From Prochlorococcus sp. AG-409-L14 (GTDB taxonomy: Bacteria > Cyanobacteriota > Cyanobacteriia > PCC-6307 > Cyanobiaceae): a stretch of 64,000 bases of DNA. Of the stretch, positions 39,962-51,809 are shown piece after piece. The DNA is taken from contig QCKF01000002.1 of the NCBI GenBank assembly GCA_003215545.1, forward strand, positions 14,276 to 78,275, written 5' to 3'. Numbering within the stretch: position 1 is the first letter of the stretch; the number at the start of each line of letters is the position of its first letter. The notes beneath the pieces were generated by a model that saw nothing but the letters and a program-made list of their open reading frames with translations, ran no database searches and had not been told where the DNA came from. A program made the position numbers and the translations under genes.

Positions 39962-41008
39962 ATGAATAATGTTCAGAATATTTTTATTACAGGAGGAAGT
40001 TCTGGAATTGGATATCAAGCAATCTTGTCTTTATTAAAACAAGGTCATCGTCTTACTATTCCGTGTAGATCTGTAGAAAGAAGAGAGTACCTCATTAATA
40101 GACTTTATTCACAAGCTAGTGATAATTGTGATTTAGAAACACAAATAAATGTATTAGTTATGGATTTGTCTGATTTGCACGCCATAGAAAAATTAACTAA
40201 ACAATTGCTAAATAATGAACATACTATTGATACCCTGGTTTTAAATGCTGGTTTGCAATATACAGGGTCGTCACAACCTTGGTTATCACATCAAGGCTTA
40301 GAACTTACATTCGCAGTTAACCATCTTAGCCATTACTACCTAACTAATAGGCTTATGCCTTTATTATATAAATCTATAAATCCTAGGATTATAATTACTG
40401 CATCTGAAGTTCATGATCCTAAATCACCAGGAGGATCTATTGGAATGCCCGCAAGTATAAAGCCTTTAGAAGGTTTGATTTCATTACAAACTAAACGGCA
40501 TTATCTGCTTGATGGCACGACCAAATTTAATGCCGATAAGGCTTATAAGGACAGCAAACTTTGTAATATTCTCTTTGCTAGAGAACTTTCAAAAAGATTA
40601 ATTTTAGCAAGAAAAAAGCTACCTGTAATAGCCTGGGCGCCAGGATTAGTGATTCCAAAGTCTAGAGACGGATTTTTTAGATATAGCAGAAAAAATAATG
40701 AGTTTGGTCAAATATTATTTGCTTTAATTGCAAGAGATTTATTAAACATCACTGAGACTTGTCAGAATGCAGGTGAATTACTTTCTATGTTGGTCACTTC
40801 GAAAGATTACCTGGAGTCTAATTTCATATACTTATGCAATAGGCTTATTAGACCAGGTAAACACGAAATAGCAATAAAGGAAGTAAGCCAAGAAGGTCTT
40901 GATGACAATCTTGCAAGATCTTTATGGGATTTATCAGCTAAGCTAGTGAAAAGATATGTTAGTTTAGCTGAGGATAATTTAAGCAGTGTAATTGATTATC
41001 AACTTTAA
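39962..41008 (+). CDS. SDR of the protochlorophyllide-reductase-like group
   Basis: TGGSSGIG, NAG, FAVNHL.H, AYKDSKLCN. Confidence 0.8.
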   Translation: MNNVQNIFITGGSSGIGYQAILSLLKQGHRLTIPCRSVERREYLINRLYSQASDNCDLETQINVLVMDLSDLHAIEKLTKQLLNNEHTIDTLVLNAGLQYTGSSQPWLSHQGLELTFAVNHLSHYYLTNRLMPLLYKSINPRIIITASEVHDPKSPGGSIGMPASIKPLEGLISLQTKRHYLLDGTTKFNADKAYKDSKLCNILFARELSKRLILARKKLPVIAWAPGLVIPKSRDGFFRYSRKNNEFGQILFALIARDLLNITETCQNAGELLSMLVTSKDYLESNFIYLCNRLIRPGKHEIAIKEVSQEGLDDNLARSLWDLSAKLVKRYVSLAEDNLSSVIDYQL

Positions 41009-41057
41009 AAATTTCTATGCTAGTTTATAATTGAGTTAATGAAAATAAAATAACTAG

Positions 41058-42128
41058 TTATTTGTTTAATACATTTAAGGTTTGTGTTGGGAAGGCAAAT
41101 TCTATATTTTGATTAGTAAATTTTCTAACTATTTCTAAATTTATTTTTTGTTGTACTTCCATGGCAAGTAGATAATTATTTGTAGGTACATAGTAAACAA
41201 GTTCGAAGTCAAGGCTACTTGAGCCAAATTCTACAAAGTGGCATCTATCATATTCAGCGTTATCAATAGAGTCTATAATTTCTTTCATAATAGTGGGTAT
41301 CAACTTAAGGTTATTTAGGCTTGTATCATATACAACACCAATTTTGTGTACTAACCTTCTTGTTCTCATTTCGGCGTAATTGGATATCACGCCATTAGTA
41401 AGTGCGCTGTTACTCATTACTATAACTTCTCCATTTACACTTCTAAGTCGTGTGGATCTAACTCCAACTCGTTCTACGGTTGCCCAAACATTATCAATAT
41501 GAATGAATTGCCCATCTTGGAAAGGCTTGTCTAACAATATTGTTATATATTCAAAGAATTCTTGAACAGGTTCTTTTAAAGCGAGACCAGCGCCGATACC
41601 ACCTGCGCTTAAAAGTGCCCATATTGCTGCCATTTGGACACCTATATTTTGCAAATAAATAACAACTCCTATACACCAAATAATTGCTCTTATCATAGGG
41701 CATAGGGACCTTATCATTGTACTAATTGCTCTGTCATCTACTCGATATGCCCAGCTATAAACTATACTTATTACGATTTTATTAATACTCCTGATAAGGA
41801 AAAGAAGTAAAAGCAGTTGCGTTATAACAAGAAAAAAGTATTCAACTTGTTTGCTTAAGGTTATAAACCCCATCGCCATAATAAGGCTAATTATTAGACC
41901 AAGAGGTTTAATAGCTTCTATAATTGTATTTGCTATGTAGTCATCAGTTTGTGATTTTGTTCTCTTTGCTAAGTTCCCAAGGACTTTAATAGTTACACGC
42001 CTAGTTATTAGTGTAACTATTATTCCTATAATTAAAGTTATACAAGCAGTTATAAGTTGTTTGTAAGAATCACTCATGATGGAACTATATGCTCCTTTTA
42101 TTCTGCCTCTTCTAGTATGTATAAGCAA
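41058..42128 (-). CDS. mscS: Small-conductance mechanosensitive channel
   Basis: GIGAGLAL, DKPF..G, GVRST, F..SSLDFE, IEFAFPTQT; start probably at second Met. Confidence 0.9.
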   Translation of the reverse strand: MLIHTRRGRIKGAYSSIMSDSYKQLITACITLIIGIIVTLITRRVTIKVLGNLAKRTKSQTDDYIANTIIEAIKPLGLIISLIMAMGFITLSKQVEYFFLVITQLLLLLFLIRSINKIVISIVYSWAYRVDDRAISTMIRSLCPMIRAIIWCIGVVIYLQNIGVQMAAIWALLSAGGIGAGLALKEPVQEFFEYITILLDKPFQDGQFIHIDNVWATVERVGVRSTRLRSVNGEVIVMSNSALTNGVISNYAEMRTRRLVHKIGVVYDTSLNNLKLIPTIMKEIIDSIDNAEYDRCHFVEFGSSSLDFELVYYVPTNNYLLAMEVQQKINLEIVRKFTNQNIEFAFPTQTLNVLNK

Positions 42129-42212
42129 TAAATTATTGTAACTCTAAGACAAATGAAGTATTCGCTTTTTCTTGTTTTGTATTTAGATACTAAATATTGG
42201 AAATTACAAAAT

Positions 42213-42773
42213 TTAATCAATTTGAGTTGGTCTTTTTTCTTTAGCCAATTTACTAATGAATTTAAACTCTTTTCTATCAGACGTTTTACACCATTCAAAT
42301 ATTATTGACTCTGTTGTGCAAAGTATCGCGCCAACACTAGCCAACCTTCTAATTGCTATATCTATTTCATTATTGTCTCTACTTTCTATAGCGTCAACTA
42401 TAACGTAAGTAGTGTATCCAGAATTAATTAAATCAAGAATTGTTTGTAGAACACATATATGAGCTTCTATTCCACATACATAAACCGCCTTAGTATCCTT
42501 AATGCGATTGTATAATGATTTTTTAGCTTCTCCGTCGAATGCACTAAAAGTCTTTTTTAGTATCGGGCATGATCTTACTTTTTCAGAGATTTTTTCTGAT
42601 GTTAGTCCTAGTTTGTCAGGACATTGCTCTGTGTAGGTAATGTTAATGTTCAACTTGTTTGCAGCATCTATTAATCGCCGAATATTCCACAATAGAATAT
42701 GTTTAGATTTCATTACGTTTAAGAGACTCTCCTGAACGTCAATTATTAGTAAATGGTGTTGCGAAATTTCCAT
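42213..42773 (-). CDS. Isochorismatase-family cysteine hydrolase
   Basis: IDVQ, TEQ, K.TFSA, GIEAHICVLQT. Confidence 0.88.
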   Translation of the reverse strand: MEISQHHLLIIDVQESLLNVMKSKHILLWNIRRLIDAANKLNINITYTEQCPDKLGLTSEKISEKVRSCPILKKTFSAFDGEAKKSLYNRIKDTKAVYVCGIEAHICVLQTILDLINSGYTTYVIVDAIESRDNNEIDIAIRRLASVGAILCTTESIIFEWCKTSDRKEFKFISKLAKEKRPTQID

Positions 42774-43035
42774 AAAGAGACTTAGACCGTCTTTATACTT
42801 ACTAGCATAAAGAAGTTTTTTAATATACTTTCCTAAATTTAAATTTATTAAGGCGAGATAATTTCATATTCAAGGGCATTTATGCGCTTCAAGTGGTAGC
42901 ATTGTATTTATGGGGCAATTCTATTTTTCTACTTAGTCAGATTTTACGCGTTAAATATCGAGTTTCATGAAGTAGCCTTTCGATAAAATATTTTTTATAT
43001 CTATATCAACCAACTCCTCTCATTAGTAGCTACTA

Positions 43036-43518
43036 TTGAGAAGATTTAATGGTTTAGTTTTGCCGCCTTCTGGCTCCTTCTCAAGATTTCAGGGACCATT
43101 AGAACTAGGTCTCCATCAAGGTGGAAGGAGGCTGACCCCACAAAGAAGAAAAGTTCTTGACTTATTTCAGCGTATTGGATCAGGAAGGCATCTCAGCGCA
43201 GAGGATGTCCATCATCAGTTAGTGGAAGCAAAAACTAAAGTTTCGTTAGCAACTATTTATCGAACATTGAGACTATTGGTTCAGTTAGGTTTCTTGCATG
43301 AACTTGAACTAAGTGAGGGTGGGCATCGTTTCGAGCTTTCAAGTGATGAACACCCAGATCATCACCATTTAGTTTGTGTGAGATGTGGTAGAACAGAGGA
43401 ATTTGAGAGTGAGCAAGTTTTACAAGCAGGAAAAAATGCAGCAGATAAGATTGGTTTTCAATTAATAGAATCTACTCTCAATGTAAGAGCAATTTGTCCA
43501 AATTGTAAGACAATCTAA
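43036..43518 (+). CDS. fur: Fur-family transcriptional regulator
   Basis: RLTPQR, HLSAE, LATIYRTL, HHHLVC..CG, CPNC. Confidence 0.9.
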   Translation: MRRFNGLVLPPSGSFSRFQGPLELGLHQGGRRLTPQRRKVLDLFQRIGSGRHLSAEDVHHQLVEAKTKVSLATIYRTLRLLVQLGFLHELELSEGGHRFELSSDEHPDHHHLVCVRCGRTEEFESEQVLQAGKNAADKIGFQLIESTLNVRAICPNCKTI

Positions 43519-43554
43519 ATATTTAAGAATTATCTGGCTGTTTTAATAAAAGAC

Positions 43555-44478
43555 TCATGACAATGATCCTCCACAACTTGAACCTGACCCTGCTGTACAT
43601 CCAAAACAATGGTCTCCAACTACAATTTTATTGCCTTTGAAATCATATTTTTTACTTGCTAGGTCTCTAATATTTAGTGAACCTAGATTTAGCCCTAATT
43701 GTTGGTTAAAATCACAGTCGTAAATATTTCCTTGCCAATCTATACTTATTACATTTTTGCACATTAAGTTTTCCAAATTAGCTTTATTAAATGATTTCTT
43801 CAATAGATATTGATATTCAGCTAAAAGCCCTTTTGAGGATAAATCGTTGGCAAATCTTTTGATCGGCATGTTTGTTATTGTATATAGATTATTAAAAACT
43901 ATTCCATAACGTTTCTTAAGCTCATATCTATAATCCTTTTCTAATTCTGATTGGGGAGGTGGTAAAGAAGCACCTTGAGGATTGAATACCAAGTTTAGAT
44001 TTAAATTTCTTTCAAATTTTCCATATCCAAGTTTATTTAGGATTTGTAAAGCCTCAATGCTTTTGTTAAATACACCATTCCCTCTCTGCCTGTCAACATT
44101 ATCTTCTAAATAACAGGGTAGTGAAGCAACTATTGTGACATTATTATTCGCTAAGAACTCAGCTAATTTTTCTTGGTTTCTTTCGAAGAGTATAGTTAAA
44201 TTACACCTATCAATTATTTCAAGTCCCTTTTTATTTACTTCCTCAACAAGTAATCTAAACATAGGATGCAATTCAGGGGCACCACCTGTGAGATCAATTG
44301 TCTTGATGTTATAAATTTCAACTATTTTAAGAATATCTTTTAAATATGATATATCCATCATCTCTTTTCTATTAGGCCCTGCATCCACATGGCAATGTTT
44401 ACACGCTTGATTACACTTGTACCCTAGATTTATTTGCATTATATCAAATCCCTCTCTATAGATATTTGGGAATTGCAT
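43555..44478 (-). CDS. arsS: ArsS-family radical SAM enzyme
   Basis: CNQACKHC (CX3CX2C), TGGAPE, DRCNLT, ASLPCY, YDCDFNQ, HCFGCTAGSGSSCGG. Confidence 0.85.
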   Translation of the reverse strand: MQFPNIYREGFDIMQINLGYKCNQACKHCHVDAGPNRKEMMDISYLKDILKIVEIYNIKTIDLTGGAPELHPMFRLLVEEVNKKGLEIIDRCNLTILFERNQEKLAEFLANNNVTIVASLPCYLEDNVDRQRGNGVFNKSIEALQILNKLGYGKFERNLNLNLVFNPQGASLPPPQSELEKDYRYELKKRYGIVFNNLYTITNMPIKRFANDLSSKGLLAEYQYLLKKSFNKANLENLMCKNVISIDWQGNIYDCDFNQQLGLNLGSLNIRDLASKKYDFKGNKIVVGDHCFGCTAGSGSSCGGSLS

Positions 44479-44569
44479 AAAATAACTTCAAGCGTTTTCA
44501 ATCTTAATAAATTTTATGGCGTAAATCAAATTTAAATAATAATTGCTACAAAAGTGTTTCTGCAAGCTG

Positions 44570-45784
44570 TTAATTAGCATTTTTTCGTATAGCTCTTTTC
44601 TTCGAAAGCTTCTTAAACCATTTAATGTATTCAGATGGTCCTAAAGTAAATATATGATTAAATTTTAAATTGTCATATGGATCACTAACTCCTTCAAGTA
44701 CACCCTTGGAAAGATTAGGCCTATCGACTTCTCCACTGCTGCTGTCAACAATAAAAACTTGGTTTTTCTTTTGAAAGGACTTACCTATTTCTTGGATCAA
44801 GGTAAGGAACCCTCTGTCACTCCCGCCTCTTGACCATACACCTTTCTCAATTTCTGAGGAAGTTACGGTATCTCCAACTCCAACTAAAATAGGCATGTCA
44901 TCATGTGATATTTTGTCTTTGACAAATTTATTTAATTCTTGCAATGAATTAGGTGCTTGCCTAGCATTGAAATCTCTTCCAAAAGGAAAGTAATTTCTCT
45001 TCTCTTTAATATATTTATTTAATAAAACTAATAATCCTTTCTCTTTAGTTGCTCCTTTTATCATGAATTGTATATCGGTAGTACCAATATCACTTTTGTC
45101 TGCGAGTTTTATTAGTTCTTTCTCTCCATTTATACCAAGATTAGGAGCTATATGAAGAAAAAATGAATCACTCAGGCCAGTATTAACTGAATCATCTAAT
45201 AGTTTGTTCATAACTTGTAAGGCAATTTGTTGTAGTTTTCTTTGCTTTTCTATATCATTAGGAATTAGCTCGAACAAGTAATTTAGATTTATTGTAGGAG
45301 ATAATTCTGTATCAATTACAGCCAAATGTGTTTGTTTTCGATATTGTTCATATGTTAATTCTGGTAGAATTGAACTAATTTCTTTGAATATTAGTGATTT
45401 TATTCTCTGTGGAAGTCTCTTCAGAAAATCTTTCTCTTCTTCTGTAACGCCTTCAGCCTTTACTTTTCCGTTTCGGTTTTGATATTGAACTCCTCCAGCG
45501 GCTAGCCCAGGTAAGTATCCACAGTAATCTAAAAATTTTGTATCTGAATTAAAAGCCTTTTCTATAAGTCTATTAACACCTCTATACCCTTCATGCTCTC
45601 CATTAGTTAGGACTCTGAATTCTTCTTTTAATTCATAAGCAGCCTCTACATAGCTTTTATCAATAATCCTAGTAAGTGGGTCTTTTACAAGGGGGATACA
45701 AACCCCGTCAAGATCCTGAATTATTAGCAGCCTATCTACTTCAATTAAATTTTTAGTTATGCTGTCTATAGTCATGAAGCTCAA
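44570..45784 (-). CDS. stpA: Glucosylglycerol-phosphate phosphatase family (StpA/GgpP)
   Basis: QDLDGVC, LTNGEHEG.RGVNR, GTTDIQFM, GVGDTVTS, RGGSDRGFL, DSSSGEVDRP. Confidence 0.88.
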   Translation of the reverse strand: MSFMTIDSITKNLIEVDRLLIIQDLDGVCIPLVKDPLTRIIDKSYVEAAYELKEEFRVLTNGEHEGYRGVNRLIEKAFNSDTKFLDYCGYLPGLAAGGVQYQNRNGKVKAEGVTEEEKDFLKRLPQRIKSLIFKEISSILPELTYEQYRKQTHLAVIDTELSPTINLNYLFELIPNDIEKQRKLQQIALQVMNKLLDDSVNTGLSDSFFLHIAPNLGINGEKELIKLADKSDIGTTDIQFMIKGATKEKGLLVLLNKYIKEKRNYFPFGRDFNARQAPNSLQELNKFVKDKISHDDMPILVGVGDTVTSSEIEKGVWSRGGSDRGFLTLIQEIGKSFQKKNQVFIVDSSSGEVDRPNLSKGVLEGVSDPYDNLKFNHIFTLGPSEYIKWFKKLSKKRAIRKNAN

Positions 45785-45977
45785 ACTATATTAATCGTTA
45801 TCATAGCCTTAACTAAGCATTTAATGCTCTGAGCCATTATAAGTTTTTACTTGCATATGAATTAAATCATCAATACTTGACCTTTCCATCGTAACTTTTA
45901 GTTTATTGGCCAGTAGTTTTTGCTATAATTGTAGTATGAACTTCTATTGAGATATATAGACATAAATTGAAGCTCCT

Positions 45978-47501
45978 ATGAGGAACAACTTTTTTGATTA
46001 CACAGATGAGCCTGGCTTTATTCTTAATCGTCTTAAGGAAATAGAGCTTGGAAAGATAGGTTTTTATAGCATCGGCCTCTATCCAGCTTCACTTGCATAT
46101 AACTGTGCAATGCAGACCAATGGTGAAACTCTTCTATTAGCACCAAGGCCCGGAAGAGAGTTGTTAGGTGCCTTTCCAGAAGAAACCATTTCTGGTATGG
46201 ATCAGAAACATGTAGATTCCATGATGAAAATGGGATCACATTATCAAGGTAAAAGTTTAGTTAGTAATAACCTTGCAGACTTGATTTTAAGATGTGAGTT
46301 GGTAATGTTAAGTTCTAATAGCAATCATGTAGAAAATGATCTGAAATATGCTCTTCATCTTAGACAAGAGCTGAATAGAAAGAATGTGGTTTTATGTGTT
46401 TTGTCAGGATCTTTCTCTCATGATAGCGTACAAAACAAGTCATATATACTTTGCCAGAAGATTCCGAACTTAGCTTTTTTCTCAGGATTTCATAGGCATG
46501 GTTCTTTACGCAACCCCCTTGATAGTTTTACAGCTAATTTCTGTCATCCTGACGCGCTTACAGCAATGCTAGGTGCGGTAATGTTGGATCGTTTATCTCC
46601 TAATATTCAAGTATCAGCCGGTGTGCATAATTTAGAGGGCCAATATATTAAAGCCGCGAAGAATATGTCGTCTATTTTTGCTGGTTTTGGACACACTTAT
46701 CATCGTGAGAATCCAGGAGTTTTACCGACATTACTTACATTACTCCTAGATCAATGTTTAGATCAGGCAGCTAGTGTTTCGATGTTTAGAGAAGATCGCA
46801 GAAAATTTTATGAAGATCAACCCTTTGAACTTACAGAATTAGGTTATGGGGTCCAACGTATAGAAGCAACTTTGCAAAAGGGAAACGATTTAGAGAAGGT
46901 CAGAGACCACACATTTGCGCAACTAACTGCAATGGTCGCTGATGTAAGAGGAAGCATGATGATTCCTCTTACAGGTAAGCCAACTAGGAATTTTCAAGCA
47001 GGTCAAATTTTGGCTGAAAATATGAAAAACTTACAAAGATGTCCTAATAATATTGACGAATTTATTCAATGGTGTGAATCAAGTGGTATCCAAAGAGGTG
47101 GATTAGAGGGCATCAAATCATTACAATATTGGCCAGAAATAATGAGACAATATTCTATTCCACTTCATGATTCATCAATGGTTAATTTACTTTATATGTC
47201 TATATACTCTGAAGCCTCTACAAAAAAACTAATATATAAAGTTATGACTCAAAGTAGAGAGTTAACAAACTATTGCCAGGAATCAGTAAGACCAAAACAT
47301 AGCCGCAAATATGCTAAAGCCATTAACAACTTAAGTTTACCAAAATCTAAGGAGATGATAGTTCAACTTATAAATTCTATTGCAGATGACTCAAAATTGA
47401 ATATATCAATACCGTTAAATAAATATGAACACCAAGACAACTCATTACCCATTTATATTAAAGCCATGAATATTATTGAAGACTATTTTAGATCTTCCTA
47501 G
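45978..47501 (+). CDS. Conserved protein, divergent NAD(P)H glycerol-3-phosphate dehydrogenase (GpsA)-like
   Basis: SIGLYPASLA, AAKNMSSIFAG, TRNFQAG, LEG echo GpsA motifs in order. Confidence 0.55.
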   Translation: MRNNFFDYTDEPGFILNRLKEIELGKIGFYSIGLYPASLAYNCAMQTNGETLLLAPRPGRELLGAFPEETISGMDQKHVDSMMKMGSHYQGKSLVSNNLADLILRCELVMLSSNSNHVENDLKYALHLRQELNRKNVVLCVLSGSFSHDSVQNKSYILCQKIPNLAFFSGFHRHGSLRNPLDSFTANFCHPDALTAMLGAVMLDRLSPNIQVSAGVHNLEGQYIKAAKNMSSIFAGFGHTYHRENPGVLPTLLTLLLDQCLDQAASVSMFREDRRKFYEDQPFELTELGYGVQRIEATLQKGNDLEKVRDHTFAQLTAMVADVRGSMMIPLTGKPTRNFQAGQILAENMKNLQRCPNNIDEFIQWCESSGIQRGGLEGIKSLQYWPEIMRQYSIPLHDSSMVNLLYMSIYSEASTKKLIYKVMTQSRELTNYCQESVRPKHSRKYAKAINNLSLPKSKEMIVQLINSIADDSKLNISIPLNKYEHQDNSLPIYIKAMNIIEDYFRSS

Positions 47502-47513
47502 AAAGTATTATAT

Positions 47514-48659
47514 ATGCATAATGACTTACAAATTTATAATAATAAGATGCTCTATGATATTGCATCTATGTACATTAATAGTCAGCCAATAATATCAATT
47601 GAACAAATCTCTTCCGGTATTATAAATATTACCTATAAAGTAAACTTTACTAAGTCTGGAAAATCCGGAGCCTTTATTCTTCAACAAATTAATCAGTCAG
47701 CTTTCTCCTCTCCTCTTTCTTTAATAGAAAACCACCTCAAAATTCAATCATACTTTAAATCTAAGCGAAGAATAATTGCCAACAAAATTGAAGACCTGAA
47801 TTTAGAAATTCCAGAACTTATTCAAACAATTACCAAAAAATATTATTTCATAGATTCTAATAATATATTTTGGCGAGCTTTTAAATATATCCCATCAGCT
47901 TCTAGTTTTTCTCATGTTAGAACCAAATCTCAGGCTTTTCAAATAGGTAGAGGTTTAGGACTTTTTCATTATATATTCAAGGATTTTCCTAACGAATCAC
48001 TTGATAGTATTATACCAGAATTGCATAACATCTCAATATATCTAAATAAGTATGATCGTGTTTTATCTATTAATAAATATCCTTTTCTAGTAAATGACAA
48101 ATTAAAATATTTGCTTGATTGGTGCCTAAATTTTATTGATAGCTTCAGGTTAAAAATCCAAGCCTACCAAGAGCCTTTAATCAATTCTAAACTTATCTAT
48201 AGAACTATTCACGGAGATCCAAAGCAATCTAATATTATGTATAGTAATCATTCAAAAAAGGTTATAGCAATTGTTGATACTGATACAGTACAGAGAGGAT
48301 TACTCCATAATGATATTGGAGACTGTGTCAGATCAAGCTGTAATATCAGAGGAGAAGATACCATGAATTTCGAAGATGTTACTTTGGAATTTGAACTATG
48401 TGAACAACTTCTCAGGTCATACAAATATCATACACATGGTTTCCTTACAAGAAAAGAATGGGATTCATTCCCTCAATCTATATTGCTAATACCTTTTGAG
48501 TTGGGACTGAGATTTATAATTGATTATTTAGAAGGTAACATATATTTCAAAGTAACTAGTCAAGAACATAATCTTTTTCGCGCAATAGTTCAATTTAAGC
48601 TCGCTAAATATATTTATAAAAATTTTAGTAGACTATCTAATCTTGTCAAAGAATTATGA
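47514..48659 (+). CDS. APH-fold phosphotransferase, N-acetylhexosamine 1-kinase-like
   Basis: GIINITY, LQQIN, HGDPK..N, D.DTV..G, DIGDCVRS, RF..DYLEG..YFK, HNL.RA..Q. Confidence 0.75.
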   Translation: MHNDLQIYNNKMLYDIASMYINSQPIISIEQISSGIINITYKVNFTKSGKSGAFILQQINQSAFSSPLSLIENHLKIQSYFKSKRRIIANKIEDLNLEIPELIQTITKKYYFIDSNNIFWRAFKYIPSASSFSHVRTKSQAFQIGRGLGLFHYIFKDFPNESLDSIIPELHNISIYLNKYDRVLSINKYPFLVNDKLKYLLDWCLNFIDSFRLKIQAYQEPLINSKLIYRTIHGDPKQSNIMYSNHSKKVIAIVDTDTVQRGLLHNDIGDCVRSSCNIRGEDTMNFEDVTLEFELCEQLLRSYKYHTHGFLTRKEWDSFPQSILLIPFELGLRFIIDYLEGNIYFKVTSQEHNLFRAIVQFKLAKYIYKNFSRLSNLVKEL

Positions 48660-48728
48660 TTTCATACCTACCCGAGCTAAGAATTTTATTTGGCTTGATA
48701 ATAGAACTACAATAATTATTGAGAAGCC

Positions 48729-49697
48729 ATGAAAATAGTATTTACACCTCATGCATATATTAGTTTGGCTATGATATTTTCTACTATATTGCCTATTCAA
48801 TCATCACATACTAATACTATATTAACCGAACAAGGTGAAAAGCTTCAATTTAGATTTGATGATACAACACAATTAACTTATTCAAGTAAAGGTAGGCATT
48901 ATCCAATTTTACCAAATAATAATGATGATTTAATTGATATCATTATCTATTTAGAGAATTTATTTTCTAAAGACATTGCTTTTGTTCACGACTTACCTCG
49001 CCTTGCCCATTATCAGCAAGTCATATATAGAGTTTTATCTAAGGATTCCCGAAGAACTTCTTTCGTTTTATCAAAATTACCAGAAAGATATCGCCGTATA
49101 GCTTCATTACATATTCAGGCACGAAAGTCGTTTCTATTAATGGAAAAGAAGTATGGAAAACCTTCCCTTATGCCTGCTTGGGAGATTGTTCCACCAGAAC
49201 CTATACATTTGCTACTTTCTTATTACTATCAGGCTGAGCAAGCCACAGGAATTGATTGGGAAATTCTTGCAGCTATAAATTTAGTTGAGACCGGGATGGG
49301 TCGTATTAAAGGACAATCTATCGCAAATGCTCAAGGTCCAATGCAGTTCTTACCTTCTACATGGTCAGAACCTGGAATAGGAAATAACGGGGATATCAAT
49401 GATCCAAATGATTCGATACAGGCAGCAGCTCGGTACTTAGTAAGGAGAGGAGGTCTTCTAGATATAAAAAAGGCTTTATGGGGCTACAACAATAATGATG
49501 AATACGTTAATGCCGTTCTTCTATATTCAGAGATCCTTAAGGAAAATCCATTAGCGTATAGGAGTCTATTTCATTGGGAAATACACTTTAGTGTTGAAGA
49601 GGCTGATCTTTGGTTGCCAGTTGGCTACAGTCAGAAAATCAAAATACCCATTTCGACCTATTTAACAGATTTCCCAGAAAGCTCACCACCTGAGTAA
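48729..49697 (+). CDS. Lytic transglycosylase (SLT/MltB-like)
   Basis: W.ILAAIN.VET, AQGPMQFLPSTW, AAARYL, YN....YV. Confidence 0.85.
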   Translation: MKIVFTPHAYISLAMIFSTILPIQSSHTNTILTEQGEKLQFRFDDTTQLTYSSKGRHYPILPNNNDDLIDIIIYLENLFSKDIAFVHDLPRLAHYQQVIYRVLSKDSRRTSFVLSKLPERYRRIASLHIQARKSFLLMEKKYGKPSLMPAWEIVPPEPIHLLLSYYYQAEQATGIDWEILAAINLVETGMGRIKGQSIANAQGPMQFLPSTWSEPGIGNNGDINDPNDSIQAAARYLVRRGGLLDIKKALWGYNNNDEYVNAVLLYSEILKENPLAYRSLFHWEIHFSVEEADLWLPVGYSQKIKIPISTYLTDFPESSPPE

Positions 49698-49723
49698 TCT
49701 TTCTATAAATCACTAAAACTAGA

Positions 49724-51791
<2,068 letters not shown>

Positions 51792-51809
51792 AAGGGAGGG
51801 CATTTAAGA

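Noticed and set aside
42857..42871. GATAATTTCATATTC as a Fur box upstream of fur
   Set aside because: Too degenerate for an AT-rich background
43555..43600. Possible selenocysteine in the ArsS C-terminus
   Set aside because: The motif is encoded as Cys (SSCGG); the TGA falls after the complete motif
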